A DNA stretch of 62,413 nt, the filler included, from Chiloscyllium plagiosum (taxonomy: Eukaryota), in assembly GCF_004010195.1 (NCBI RefSeq). It is 3 parts of one record of this genome, joined end to end, with 100 filler letters (N's around TTAATTAATTAA, not from the genome) between each part and the next. Parts side by side here need not be neighbours in the genome. Positions count along the whole stretch, not along the records: positions 31,042 to 54,059 come from NC_057710.1; 2 more parts are not named here. One strand, given 5' to 3'. Under the pieces are notes generated by a model. That model made no database searches. It was not told where the DNA came from and saw only the letters and a program-made list of their open reading frames with translations. Each line of letters opens with the position of its first letter. The stretch's first letter is position 1. This document shows positions 37,617 to 50,270 of the stretch, in pieces. A program made the position numbers and the translations under genes.

Positions 37617-37811
37617 ATATTTTTAAATGCAAAAACAATCCGATTGGGAAACATCCCCCAGGGCTTCAGCTCTTCGCCCTCAGCCAGTCCTTTGAACCTA
37701 CGGCAGACTGTCTATGAGGTGTGCGTGTGTCCCAATGGCAAACTCTTTCTATCTCCAGCAGCGTCGGGTTCCACCTGCCAGTCGAACAGCAACGTCTGTT
37801 TGCGGATTTAA
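37617..37811 (+). CDS. SGCZ: Zeta-sarcoglycan, last coding exon (Cys-rich extracellular C-terminus)
   Basis: IFLNAKTIRLGNIPQGFSSSPSASPLNLRQTVYEVCVCPNGKLFLSPAASGSTCQSNSNVCLRI* matches the recalled mammalian SGCZ C-terminus (IFLNAETIKLGNLP...RQTVYELCVCPNGKLYLSPAG.GSTCQSSSNICL) better than gamma or delta. All four conserved Cys are present and the acceptor is strong. Upstream exons were not found in the window. Confidence 0.9.
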   Translation: MFLNAKTIRLGNIPQGFSSSPSASPLNLRQTVYEVCVCPNGKLFLSPAASGSTCQSNSNVCLRI

Positions 37812-40800
37812 GCCCGTGGACGCACTGATGATTCTACCACCGTAAAAGCCTTTTGGTACTATCCCTTTGGCATCTGTTTTGACTCTCCTGTTGAATCAGG
37901 AACTACAATGACGATACAAAGACTCTGCTGCCACACGGTAGGAAAATGTGGCTACACTTCAAATGGGAAATGGACCAGTCGGTGTGTAAACTGTCGCTGA
38001 GGAGATATGATTCTACTCGGAGACTCTAGATACTAACCCTTACCAGAGAGAGGGAGAAATACACAGGTGCCTTTGCTAATCTAAGTAAAGCACATAGTTT
38101 TTTTTATTGTTAGCAGGACCTGATTATGAGAGAATTGAATATTTAATATCACAAATACTATATTAAGTAATTCCCCAGAACTTTATTTCCCCTTTCAACG
38201 TCTAAATGTGCTTTGGTTTTACCATATAGTAAACTGGAGTTCAAATAATTCCTAAGTTGCTTTGATTGAGCCTTTAAATATCATTTGGTATTTGCATGTC
38301 CTTCATTTGGAAAGGAATGGACCAATTGTTCATTCTTAACCCATTTTTGAAAGAAATCATACCACCTCAAAAACTCTCCAGAATCTCTCATTAATGATGG
38401 TAAAAACATGGTTTTCTATTACTGTTTTGTTTTGTGTGTGAGATGTGGTATAAACCAAAGAATTGTCCATGTGATGTAAATTCCAACCTGCACAATGCAG
38501 CTGCTATTAAAGAGCAAGTCAGCATCTAGAGATTCTTAAGGACTTGTTAGCGGGATGAGCAAACATCCACTTCATAGATTGAGTAAAAAAACAGGCAGGA
38601 GATATTATCTGGTCAAAACTCTGGCCAGTATATGCAGGGCCAGCCCCAATCAAGACCGAATTTCAGATGTTTAACGTGTTATTTTCTCCCTGATGAATTG
38701 AACAATGTAGTCCCGAACTGAGCAAAGTTTGGTTTGGCCTGGTTCAAGTGATCCACTTAATTTCAACCTTGGATGTACGCTCATCCCGAAAGGACATCAC
38801 AGGTAATCTTTTATGTGTTACACCAGGCCTGCTAGCCATTTTCCTTGCTTTCTTTACTGATCTCATTAAAGTACATTTTCTTTACGTATGAGAAATTTAA
38901 TCTGAATGATAAAGGAAACTATTTTCTTACACATTCTATGCAAATGTTTGTAAAATTGCAATATTGCCAAAATGACAAAAGCTGTGCTTTTGTACCTTAT
39001 GTCTCTTGCTTTATGTAAAATTAAAACACTTTTCTACTTATAAGAAATGAGCTGTATGTCTTGTTAACTGTAGCTAAGGGTTATTAGCCCACTTGTCAAA
39101 CTTACCGTACCCTTATGAATTAAAAAAAAGTTTGAAAAGTTGTCAGTTAAATTATTTTTAACCTCCAGAGCAAAAACATAAAACAGATTTGGCTACAGTT
39201 TCTTCCAGAAAAAGCAGCTGCCTTCAAAATAAGATGTTGCTGGGAATCAACAGACCCATGGTCAGCTAGGTGTGAGGTAGGATTCTACAGACTGTTTGCA
39301 GAGAGGCTGACATCCATTGGTCATTGGCAAGCATTTAAAATGTTTTACATTCGTGGTAATGTTCTTCTACAATGGGCTAAGTGAAGGGTAGATAAGCCAA
39401 TGGATTTTGATAAGTACTTTTTCATAAGACTGACTTGGTGCATTCCTAAAAATGGGAATGTTTATCTCTCCATGCTGATAATAGTGAAAAGAAAAAGATG
39501 TAAAACAGTTCACAAATAGCTATTTAAGAATTCTTTAAGTTAATAATTCTAATACACATGATTAAGCACAGATAAAACTCAAACTTAGTTTCAGTTTGAA
39601 CTTGTGTGCCATTCTCATTCTTTGAGACTCTTTGAGACTCTTATCCAAAAACAATGGAGGAAATTTTAATTTCCCTAAATCAAGTTGGTTTGGGCCAGGT
39701 GGGACTTTAAAACTAAATGTTAAAATCAGAATCTCATCTAAAATCTGGCACATCCTGTTCCAGTGGAAGCAGGATAGCTAGAGTAATGTGGAGGCAATCA
39801 GTGCACTCCCAGGAGACAGATTGGCAATTTAAACTTCATGATAAGGCTGCATGCCTCCATATTTATTAACAATTTAATTTTAACCCTGACTGGGGCAATT
39901 CTCCAGGCCATGAAGAAATCTGTCATTTTGAGAGAATACTGGAATTCCAACTGGAATGCTGGATGCAGGAGTTAAGTGACTTTCCACTTACCTGCTCAAT
40001 CCTGTTCATTTGCTCCACCCAACTTCAGAACAATCTTCCTTCTTATCTTCAAGTTCATATCCAGCCCAATGTTTTGCTCAAAATTCATTATGAACTTATC
40101 AAAACTTTAATACTTTTATTAGGTGAGGTGATAATGGCTTGGTTATGCCTCATTAGCCTGGAATTACGGTATGGTGGCAATTTATAAGGAGCCTGAGACA
40201 TACAGACGGGATTCAGGCAGACTTACAATGAAATGTACGTGCTGAACCCAATCTTGCAAGGTCAGTTCATTAAACTGTTTCAATTAGGTACCAATTTGGA
40301 TCTATGTAGGCAGTACACTAGGGACTGATTTTCTGTTTTAAATGATCAATCGGTTTCAGAGCTAATCTGGGAGGCATGATTTAATTCAGTAAAATGGAAC
40401 ATCCCAAATTAAAAAGGGTCTAGCTAAATTTGAACATCAAGCTACAATATGGTCAATATAACCAATGAGATATTAGTTTTGCATGCAGTTTCTATACCAT
40501 AAAATGCTGATACCATTAATGATAAATTCAGCTGGACTTTGGAATCTACTAATCACAATCCGTATCATCAAACTAACTCTTAAAACAAATGTTGCCCATC
40601 TTAAATACTATCTTTTTAAAAAAATATTGCATTGCACATTTAGAAACAAGTTCCATTCAGAACCTACGCAGCACAACTTTTCAAACTTGGTATTTAATTC
40701 CATAAGTTTATTACTGTGTTTTGGTACTTGACTTTGTGACTATGCATATATACATTTCAGGGTGAAATAATTTGAAATGAGTGAGCCTTTTCGTAATGAT

Positions 40801-41930
40801 ACTGATAATCCATTACGGTTTCACTGGTCTCCTGCTATGATTACTGAAACAATCGGAATATAACAGGGAATATACTAGAGCTATACGGTGGATCATTGGT
40901 TCACATCAGAGACCTGGCTTCGACCCCAGCCTTGGATGACTCTGTCTGTATAGAGTTTGCACGTTCTCCCTATATCTGTGCGGGTTTCTTTTGGGTGCTC
41001 TGGTTTCCTCCCACAGTCCAAAGATGTGCAGGTTCAGTGAATTGGCCATGCTAAATTGCCCCAGTTGTATCCGGAGATGGGCAGGCATGGGAAATACAGG
41101 ATTACTGGAGTGGGGTGAGAGAATAGTTGGGCTGGGATGCCTTTTGGAGCATTGAGGCAGATTTGATGGCCCAAATGGCCTCTTTTTGCAATGTAGGGAT
41201 TCTATATTACAGTAGGACTTCACTATTTCCAGATTTTTCAAACACTGCTGTGACAGGCAGAAACAAATATCACCGGAGGGAGGGGTAATGGTGGTGGGCA
41301 AGCAGGGAGCAGAGATTTTCTTCACTGGGAATTCAAACTTCCGGGCACTAAGCTTACATTGAAGGTGGGTACAATGATGGGAAAAGGAAGTAGACTGCAG
41401 AAAGGTGAAAGTGGACTCCACCAGGTGGAAGACATCCTGGGTCAATCTAGCTTATACAGCAGGCTTAGGGAGAGATTGACCAGGATTGGCCAGGAATGGA
41501 CGAAAGTAATGAGGGCTTTGCAATTTGTTCCCACACCTCTAACCATTCTCCATAGAGAGGAGACAGTGCTAGCATGGGACAGGTAAGACCTAGAGATGTA
41601 CACTTGCCTGCTTGACCCATGTAAGTAAAGTGCACTCCCACTAATTCCACAAACGACAATAGGTTCAGGGTTGAAAGGAACCAGTGGATGTCATTGAATG
41701 TTATTCTAACAATGAATTACCCTCTAAAGATAGGACCTGGAAAGTGAGCCTTTTATAAACAGTCAGTAAAGTTCCTGTACATGTTCTTGTCATTTGTTTG
41801 TTACCCTGATAAATAAACGTATATAAGCATATTCAACAGAACTGAATTGTGTTAGAATAGGTTGTTGAGCAAGCGTTTTAGTTCATTATTTATGCTACTT
41901 AATAAAAGTAACTAATCTATGTATATATTA
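37812..41930 (+). other. Probable SGCZ 3'UTR (extent uncertain)
   Basis: Repeat-poor, AT-rich sequence after the stop. ATTAAA at 39020 and 39119; the first AATAAA hexamers I saw are at 41812 and 41901. Confidence 0.4.
40884..41207 (+). mobile_element. HE1-like V-SINE
   Basis: tRNA-like head, V-domain GAGTTTGCACGTTCTCCC...GGTTTCCTCCCACAGTCCAAAGATGTGCAGG, and CR1-like tail GTAGGGATTCTAT. Confidence 0.85.
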
Positions 41931-44134
41931 ACTTTTTTAGTCACTCATGTAAATTTGTAACATTTTGTATAAAAATTAACTAAAATTTTCAAAAATATAT
42001 GTACAGTATACATTGTATCTAATAGGAATACCTATGTCAGCTGGCAATAACAAACAAGAAGGTATGCAGCTATCATATAATTGTAAGCACTTTCTAGTAA
42101 ATGAGAGTTGTACAATAATATGGGAAAATAAGATGGGAGAATATTAAGATGCACAAAAGCTTCACACTTTTCCTGTTTGTTAATGCATTTGGATTCAGTC
42201 TACCTGGTCAATTAAATGCAGAAAAATTAAAAAAAGAGTGTTCAAAAAAACCTGCTTTGGAGAAGTTACAAATCTTTCATCCCAGGTACACATTCACTTA
42301 CATTCCATGCAAGTTTTTAAAGAAAAGACCACAATACAGAACTTTAGATCTGGAACACACAAACCATAAACCAGAACAAATATGGTCTGGTGCAAGATTT
42401 CTTTGTCTTCACAGGAAAGTAGTTGTACTCTAGTGTCCTCAGCAGATGTCAGAATTAGATATTAAGCATCTGCAGCACTTAATTTTCCACTCATTAAAAG
42501 TAATATATTGGAGCACCAATGTCGAACATCTCTGCATGTCTCAGGCTGCCTGACTCTGCCATATGAGAGTCATGCAAAGTAAAGTTAGAAACCTACTGTT
42601 GTTTATCCTAACCCAAAATCTAACACCAGAGTTTTAGTTTCTCAGTTTGAGACAGATGCATTGATTTTCTGGCTGGCATTGTTACTTTGGACCTGGATTC
42701 CCTTCTAACCTTGGCTAAATGCTCGCAAGGGTTGCCCTCCATTGTTTTCATCCATCCACCTCCAGCTTGGATTCCACAGGATTGGCAAAAGCCAGATCTT
42801 AAACTTGATATGTGATTGTGAGACTTTATTGTATCCGCCCACAGGCAAATGTAAAGTAATTTCAGTCTCTCCTGCTTTGTTATATTTTTTCTGCATACTT
42901 TCTGTGTTTCCTTTATATTTTATTTATATTTCATATCTGGACTATTGCTGTTAGGTCGAGTTTTTACTTAGATGCATGAAGATTTTGCCACCTCAGACCT
43001 AAACATTCATAAGCATCAACTTGTTTATAAGGTATGAACTAAATACTGACTTTACATGTAATCTATCATGATGGACTGGATTTCTCATGATTGGACCCTG
43101 TCAGAAATGAATAGGGAACTGACAAAGGAACACATCTGGGCTATGTCTGCCTTTGCAAATGGCAGAATAATGAATGAATGGATAAACTACAAAAATTGTT
43201 TATTCCTGTCTCACGCAGGAGTGCAAAGAGAACAAGAAAGTTGGAGATAGTATGAAATGCATAAAAGAGGCTGAGAAATTGGTAAAAAAAAAAGACAACA
43301 GCCTTGAAGATTAACAGTTTAGAAGTCAGTGAAGGAGGATCAAGAGATGGATTAAAAATGGTTGTATAGAGTGGTGTGCGAGTAAGCTTGTGGAGAACAT
43401 AGGAACATTTGCAGTTAATTCTTATAGGTATGTCAAAAGAAAAAGATTGGTGAAAACTAATGTAGGTCCCTCAGTCAGAAATGGGAGAATTTATAATGGG
43501 GCAAAGAAATGGGTGACAAAAAGTAAATTCATAGTTCACTCTGTCTTCAAAAACTACAGCAGAAGTTATGGGGGTCACTGGGTTTAGTGAGTGGGAGGCA
43601 CTGAAGGAAATCTGTATTAGTAGAGAAATTATATTGAAGAAGTTGATGGAATTGAAAGCTTATTTGGATTTTCAGAAAGGCCACAAAAGATTAATGTGTA
43701 AAACGAATGTAGTGTGGATTGGGGTTAGCATATTAAGATAGATGTAAAGATGGTTAGCATACAGGAAACAAAGAACCTGAGAAAATTGGTATTTTTCTGA
43801 ATGGCAGGCTGTGGTTGGTATACCACAGTGGTTGGTACGAGGGCCCCGGCTATTTACAATATATGTGAATGAATTAGATGAGAGAGCCAATGTAATATTT
43901 CCAAATTTGCAGATGACATAAGGCTAGGTAGGAGGGTGAACTGTGGGAGGGTGCAGAGATGGTGTAGTGTGATTTCTACAGGCTCAGTGAGTGAATAAAT
44001 GCATGGCCAATGTTGTATAATGTGAAATTATCCACTTTGGTGGCAAAAATAGGAAGGCAGATTATCATATGAATGGCTGTAAATTGGGAAGAGAATGTTT
44101 CAATGAAATCCGGGTGTCCAAATGGACTAGTGTA

Positions 44135-46955
44135 GAGTCATTGAGATATACAGCATGAAAACAGAATCTTCGGTCCAACTCGTCCATGCCGACTATATAT
44201 GCTAACCTAATCGAGTCCCATTTGCCAGCACTTGCCCATATCCCTCCAAATCCTTCCTTTTCGTATACCCATCCAGATGCCTTTTAAATACTGTAGTTGT
44301 ACTAGCCTCCACCACTTTCTCTGGCAGCTCATTCCATACACGCACCACCCTCCACCTCAGGGAAAAGACCTTGTCTGTTTATCCTTTCCACGCTCCATGT
44401 GATTTTATAAAACTCTTTGAGGGAGCCATGGTTCACGAAAGAAGTTGAACCTCTTGTCAAGAGGAAGAAGAAGGCTTATGTTAGGATGAGACATTAAGGC
44501 TCAGTTAAAGGTGCTTGAGAGTTACAAGTTAGCCAGGAAGGACCTGAAGAGAGAGCTAAGAAGAGCTAGGAGGGGAGATGAGAAGTCATTGGCAGGTAGG
44601 ATCAAGGAAAACCCTAAAGCTTTCTATAGGTGCATCAGGAATAAAAGAATGACTAGAGAAAGATTAGGGCCAATCAAGGACGGTAGTGGTAAGTTATGCA
44701 TGGAGTCTGAGGAGACAGGGGAAAAGCTAAATGAATGTTTTTTTTTCCAATGTGAATACTAAGGAAAAATAATGTTATGGAGGAGAATACTGAGATAGAG
44801 GCTACTAGTCTAGATGAGCTTGAGGTTCACAAGGAGGAGGTGTTAGCAATTCTGGAGAGTGTGAAAATAGATAAGTTCTCTGGGCCTGATAGGATTTATC
44901 CTAGGGTTCTCCAGGAAGTCAGGGAGGAGATTGCAGAGCCTTTGGCTTTGAACTTTGTCGCCATTGTTCACAGGAACAGTGCCAGAAGACTGGAGGATAG
45001 CAAATGTTGTCCCCTTGTTCAAGAAGGGGAGTAATTCTAGATCAGTGAGCCCTACGTTGGTTGTGGCTAAAGTGTTGGAAAAGTTTACAAGAGATAGGAT
45101 TTATAATCATCCAGAAATGAATCATTTGATTAGGGATAGTCAACACTGTTTTATGAAGGGTAGGTCACGCCTCACAAATCTTACTGAGTTCTTTGAGAAG
45201 GTGACAAAACAGGTGGATGAAGGTTAAGTGATTGATGTGGTGTATGTGGATTTCAGTCAGACATTTTTTAAGGTTCCCACAGTAGATTATTACAGAAAAT
45301 ACAGAGACATGGGATTGAGGATGATTTAGTGGATTGGATCAGAAATTGCCTTCTGATAGAAAACAGAGGGTGGTGGTTGATGGGGAATGTTCATCCTGGA
45401 GTTCAGTTATTAGTGTTGTATCACAAGGATCTGTTTTGGGTCCACTGCTGTTTGTCATTTTTATAAATGACCTGGATGAGAGTGTAGAAGGATGGGTAGT
45501 AAATTTGCAGATGACACTAAGGTTGGTGGAATTGTGGAGTGCATAAGGATGTTGCAGGTTACAGAGGGACATAGATAAGCCGCAGAGCTTGGCTGAGAGA
45601 TGACAAATGGAGGTTAATGTGGAAAAGTGTGAGGTGATTCACTTTGGAAGGAGTAACAGGAATGCAGAGTCCTGGGCTAATGCTAAGATTCTTGGTAGTG
45701 TAGATGAGCAGAGAGATCTCAGTGTCCAGGTACATAGATCCTAGAAAGTTGCCAGCCAGGTTGATAGGGTTGTTAAGAAGGCATACGGTGTGTTAGCTTT
45801 TATTGGTAGAGGGATTAAGTTTTGGAGCCATGAGGTCATGCTGCAGCTGTACAAAACTCTGATGTGGCCGCACTTGGAGTATTGCGAACAGTTCTGGTCA
45901 CTGCATGATTGGAAGGATGTGGAAGCTTTGGAAAGGGTTCAGAGGAAATTTACCAGGGTGTTGCCTGGTATGGAGGGAGGGTCTTATGAGGAAAGGCTGA
46001 GGGTTTTGAGGCTGTTTTCATTAAAGAGAAGAAGATTGAGAGGACACTTAATTGAGATATATAAGATAATCAGATGGTTACATAGGGTGGACAAAGAGAG
46101 TGTTTTTCCTCAGATGGTGATGGCTAGCATGATGGGATGTACCTATAAATTGAGGGGTGATAGATATAGGACAGGTGTCAGAGGTAATTTCTTTACACAG
46201 AGTAGTGGTACTGCCTGCAACAGTAGTAAACTTGCCAAGTTTAAGGGTATTTAAATGGTCATTGGATAAACATATGGCTGAAAATGGAATAGCGTAGGAT
46301 AGATAAGCTTCTGATTGGTTCCACAGGGTGGCGCAACATTGAGGGTTGAAGAACCTGTACTGCACTGTAATGTTCTATGTTCTAACGTCACACCTCAGCC
46401 TCTGATGAAAAACAGCCCCAACCTATTCAGCCTCTTCCTATAGCTCAAGTCCTCCAAACCTGTCAATATCCTTGTAAAGCTTTTCTGAACTCTTTAAGTT
46501 TCACAAAATCCTTCCAATAGGAAGGAAGCCAGAATTGCATGTAATATTCCAAAAGTGGCCTAACCAATGTTCTGTACAGCTATTCTCCCAACTCCTATAC
46601 TCAATGCTCTGACCAATAAAGAAAAGTATACTAAACGCCTCCTTCACTATCCTATCTTCCACAACTACTTTAAAGGAAATATGAACCTGAACTCCAAGGT
46701 CTCTTTGTTCAGCGACACTCCTAACACTGTATTATTAACTAAATAAGTCCTGCTCTGATTTGACTTTGCATAATGCAGTACCTCACATTTATCTAACTTA
46801 ACCTCCATCTGCCACTGCTAAGCCCACTGGCCCATCTGATCAAGGTACTCTGAGAGTAACCTCCTTCGCTGTCCACTACACTTCCAATTTTGGTGTCATC
46901 TGCGAACTTACTAACTATACCTCCTATGTTTATATCCAAATCATTTATATAATTG
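44135..46955 (-). mobile_element. Middle CR1 (44135-44420 plus 46386-46955)
   Basis: The sequence breaks at GATTTTATAAAACTCT and resumes at GTCACACCTCAGCC, which are adjacent in other copies (e.g. 32851-32885). Confidence 0.8.
44420..46385 (+). mobile_element. Inner CR1 ORF2 (linker, RT and 3'UTR)
   Basis: [58 protein letters not shown] and a (TGTTCTA)n tail. Confidence 0.9.
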
Positions 46956-47732
46956 AAGTTATTTCTGCATATGTGTGCAGCAGTCAGTAAAGAAGGTAAA
47001 CTGCACGTCGGCTTTTAAAGCAAGGGGAGTCCAATATAGGAGCAAGGATGTCTTGCTGCAATTATACTGGGTATTGGTGTGGTGAAATCTCAAATATTGT
47101 GTGCTGTTTTGGTTTCCTTATTTGTAGGATATTCTTGCTATTGAGCAAGTGCAGCAAAGATTTACCATGTTGGGTTGCCAGGACTAACATATGAGGAAAG
47201 ATTGAGTTGGTTAGGATTATAATCCCAACAGTTTAGAAGAATAAGGGGGTTCTTATAGAAGCCTAAAAAATTCTAGTAGGACTAGTCAGGTTGGTTGCAA
47301 GATATTCCAAGAGTGGGGGAGTCCAGAACCAAGGGCCATGGTTGAAGAGTAAAGGGTCTGGGATGTAATGTCTTCCCCCAGAGAATGGTGAACCCGTATA
47401 TTTCACTACCACAAACAAAGTAGTTGAAGCCAAAGCACTGTGTTTCAAGAAGAAGATAAGAATAGCTGTTTTTGGCTGAAGGAGTCAAGGGATATGGGGA
47501 GAGGGCAGGATTAGCTTGATTAAGCTTGAGGATCAGCCATAATCCTATTGAATTGTGGAGCAGGTTCAAGGAGTCAAATGACCTACTCATGCTCCGATCT
47601 TCTATGGTTCAATGCAATTTATTAAGGATGTTGAGTAGATTATTTCTGCTGTTGTCCTAAACAGAGAAATGACAGATCTATAGCCTCAACAGCTTCATTG
47701 GGAAACATTTTTGATACAAAACAAAAGAACAA

Positions 47733-49452
47733 AAGAGAAATACAGCACAGGAAAAGCCAAGTCGACCCTCCAAGCCTGTGCTGACCATCGTACCCTAATT
47801 AAACTAAAAAACAAACCTTCTGCCCTTATTTGGCCCATATCTCTCTCTATTCCTGTAACCATCCAGATGCCTCTTAAATGTTGCCAATCTGCCTATTTCC
47901 ATCATCTCTTCTGGCAATGCGTTCCAGGCTCCTACCACTCTCTGCTTTTAAAAAATAAATCCCTCACACATCTCCCTTAAACTTTCCTACTCTCACCTTG
48001 AGCCTGTGTCCCTTTATAACTGAAACTTCAACCCTGGGAAAAGGCCTCTGACTATCCACACTATCTATGCCTCTTGTAATTTTGTAGAATTCTATCAGAT
48101 CTCCTCTCTTTCCAGTGAAAAGAATCCTAATATTTTTAACCTCTCCTCATAGCTAATGCCCTCAAGAGCAGACAACATCCTGGTGAACCTGCTCTGCACT
48201 CTCTCCAAATCTTCCACGTCCTTCTGGCAAAACTGCACACAATGCTCCAAACGCAGTCTAATAAGGGTTTTATATAGCTGCAACATGTTTTGCCAACTCT
48301 TGTAATTCTTGCCCTGGCCGATGAAGGCAAACATGTCATATGCCACCTTAATCACCTTGGCTATCTGTGTTGCCTCTTTTAGGGAACTGTGGGCCTGCAT
48401 GCCCAGATACACCTGTATGTTAATGTTCCTAATGTTCTGCCATTTACAGCACAATTCACACCTTTGATCCTCCAAATGCATCACCTTGCATTTGTATGGA
48501 TTAAACTCCACCTGCCATTTCTGTACCAAGTTGCCAATCTATCCATAACCTGTTGTATCTTTCGACACAATCATCAGCCCTATCAGCCACTCCACCAAAT
48601 ATCATGTCATCTTCAAACTTACTAATCAGACCACCCCCATTTTCCTCCAGATTGATCCCTGTGGAACACCACTAGTTACTGGTCTCCATTCTTAAAAACA
48701 CCCTTCCACCACTACCCTCTGTCTTCAGTGATCAAGCCAGTTTTATATCCATTTCACCAGCATACCTCGAATCTTATTTGATTTTAGTTTTTGTACCTGT
48801 CTGCCATGTGGAACTTTATCAAATGCCTTGCTCAAGTCCATATAAACCACATCCACAGTCCTTCCCTCATCACCTATCTTTGTCAGCTCTTCAAAAAATT
48901 CAATCAGGTTGATGAGACATGACCCTCCCTGTCCAAACCCATGCTGCCTGTCGCAAACAAGTCAATTTTCTTCCAAATGTGCACACATCCTGTCCCTCAG
49001 TATTTTCTCCAAGAGTTTCCTCACCGCTGATGTCAGGCTCACTGGCCTATGATTTCCTGGATTATCCCTGCTTCCTTTCTTAAACAAGGGTACAACATCG
49101 GCTCATCTCCAATCCTCTAGAACCTTGTCAGTTGTCAAAGAGGATGTGACTATACCTGCTAATGCCCCAGCTATTTCTTCCTTTGCCCCTCAGAGTAACC
49201 TTGGATAGATCCCATCATACCCTGGGGAATTGTCTATCTTAATGCAATTTAGGATACCTAAAACTTTTTCCTTCAATATATTGACATTCTCCAGAGTATT
49301 CACACACTCGTCCCTGATCTCAACACCAGTCATGTCCTTCTCCTTGGTGAACACCCATACAAACTGCTCATTAAGGGTCTCTCCCACTTCCTGTGGCTCC
49401 ACGCATAACGTTCCTCCTTTGTCATTGAGTGGGCCTACTCTTTTCCTTGCAG
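47733..49452 (-). mobile_element. CR1 ORF2 fragment with 3' end
   Basis: WQVEFNPYKCKVMH, LQLYKTLIRLRLEHCVQF, IDNSPGYDGIYPRLL. Confidence 0.9.
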
Positions 49453-49619
49453 GTTGACAATGTGCAGGTACCTCAACATGGAGTCAAAATTTAAAGGCAA
49501 GATGTTAGACTTATGGATCAGAGAGAAAATTCCACTGACGGAAATGTATGCTGAGTGCAGCATTTCATGCTGGTCAGTCCCCTGTACCTCACCACACTGG
49601 CCCTGTCAGGGCTCCTCAG

Positions 49620-49730
49620 AAGTGGAGGCAGTGGCATGGTGTTAATGTCAGTGGACAGGCAATCCAGAACCTCAGATCAGTGCTCAGCAGATATGGTTTG
49701 AGTCCCACCATGACTGATGGTGAAGTTTGA
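49620..49730 (+). mobile_element. Old tRNA-derived SINE head
   Basis: GGAGGCAGTGGCATGGTGTTAATGTCAGTGGAC...GGTTTGAGTCCCACCATG with A-box and B-box-like motifs. Confidence 0.45.
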
Positions 49731-50059
49731 GAGCTCCATTTTAGTGCAGTGGTCAGTAACCATATCTGCCATGCACTGGCCAAGAGTTCAATGCCCTGAT
49801 GGGAATGGATGATCTCTGTGTTATTCTGTGTGTAAATATGGTTCCTTCAGGACTCTTGTGTTGCAGTGGTTGTGTGACTACCTCTGGGCCAGAAAGCCTG
49901 GATTCAAGTCCCACCTACTCAGGAGTGTGTCTGAACAAGTCAATTAAAAACACCTCCACAATTCTTGCAGACCCATTAAAGTTCATATGCAGTAAGAACT
50001 CGATAACATTCAGATAAGTTACTTTTGTGCTTTGTACGTGTGAGATAATTATAAAAATC

Positions 50060-50270
50060 AGAGCCAAAAGTACGGAAGATGTTGGAAATCAGAAACAAAA
50101 ACAGAAGTTCCTGGAAAAGCTCAGCAGGTCTAGCAACATCCATGGAGAGGAATCAGATTTAACGTTTCAGATCCAGTTCTGAAGAAAAGTCACTGGACCC
50201 GAAATATTGACTGATTTCTTTTCACAAATGTTGCTTGACCTGCCGAGCTTCTCGAGCAATTTCTGCTATT
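50060..50270. mobile_element. Family C PLE inverted pseudo-LTR pair with a decayed hammerhead (50175-50212)
   Basis: Inverted arms. AGUU CUGAAGA A AAGUC ACUG GACCC GAAAU AUU GACU. Confidence 0.7.

Larger units (their letters stand above)
43240..47612 (+). mobile_element. Outer old CR1 (43240-44130 plus 46960-47612) of a triple nest
   Basis: RT sequence stops at about 44130 (GGGTGTCC) and resumes colinearly at about 46960 (GTGCAGCAGTCAGTAAAGAAGG), ending in a 3' tail at about 47610. Confidence 0.75.

Noticed and set aside
40906..41445. 179-aa minus-strand ORF
   Set aside because: Largely an antisense translation of an HE1-like SINE.
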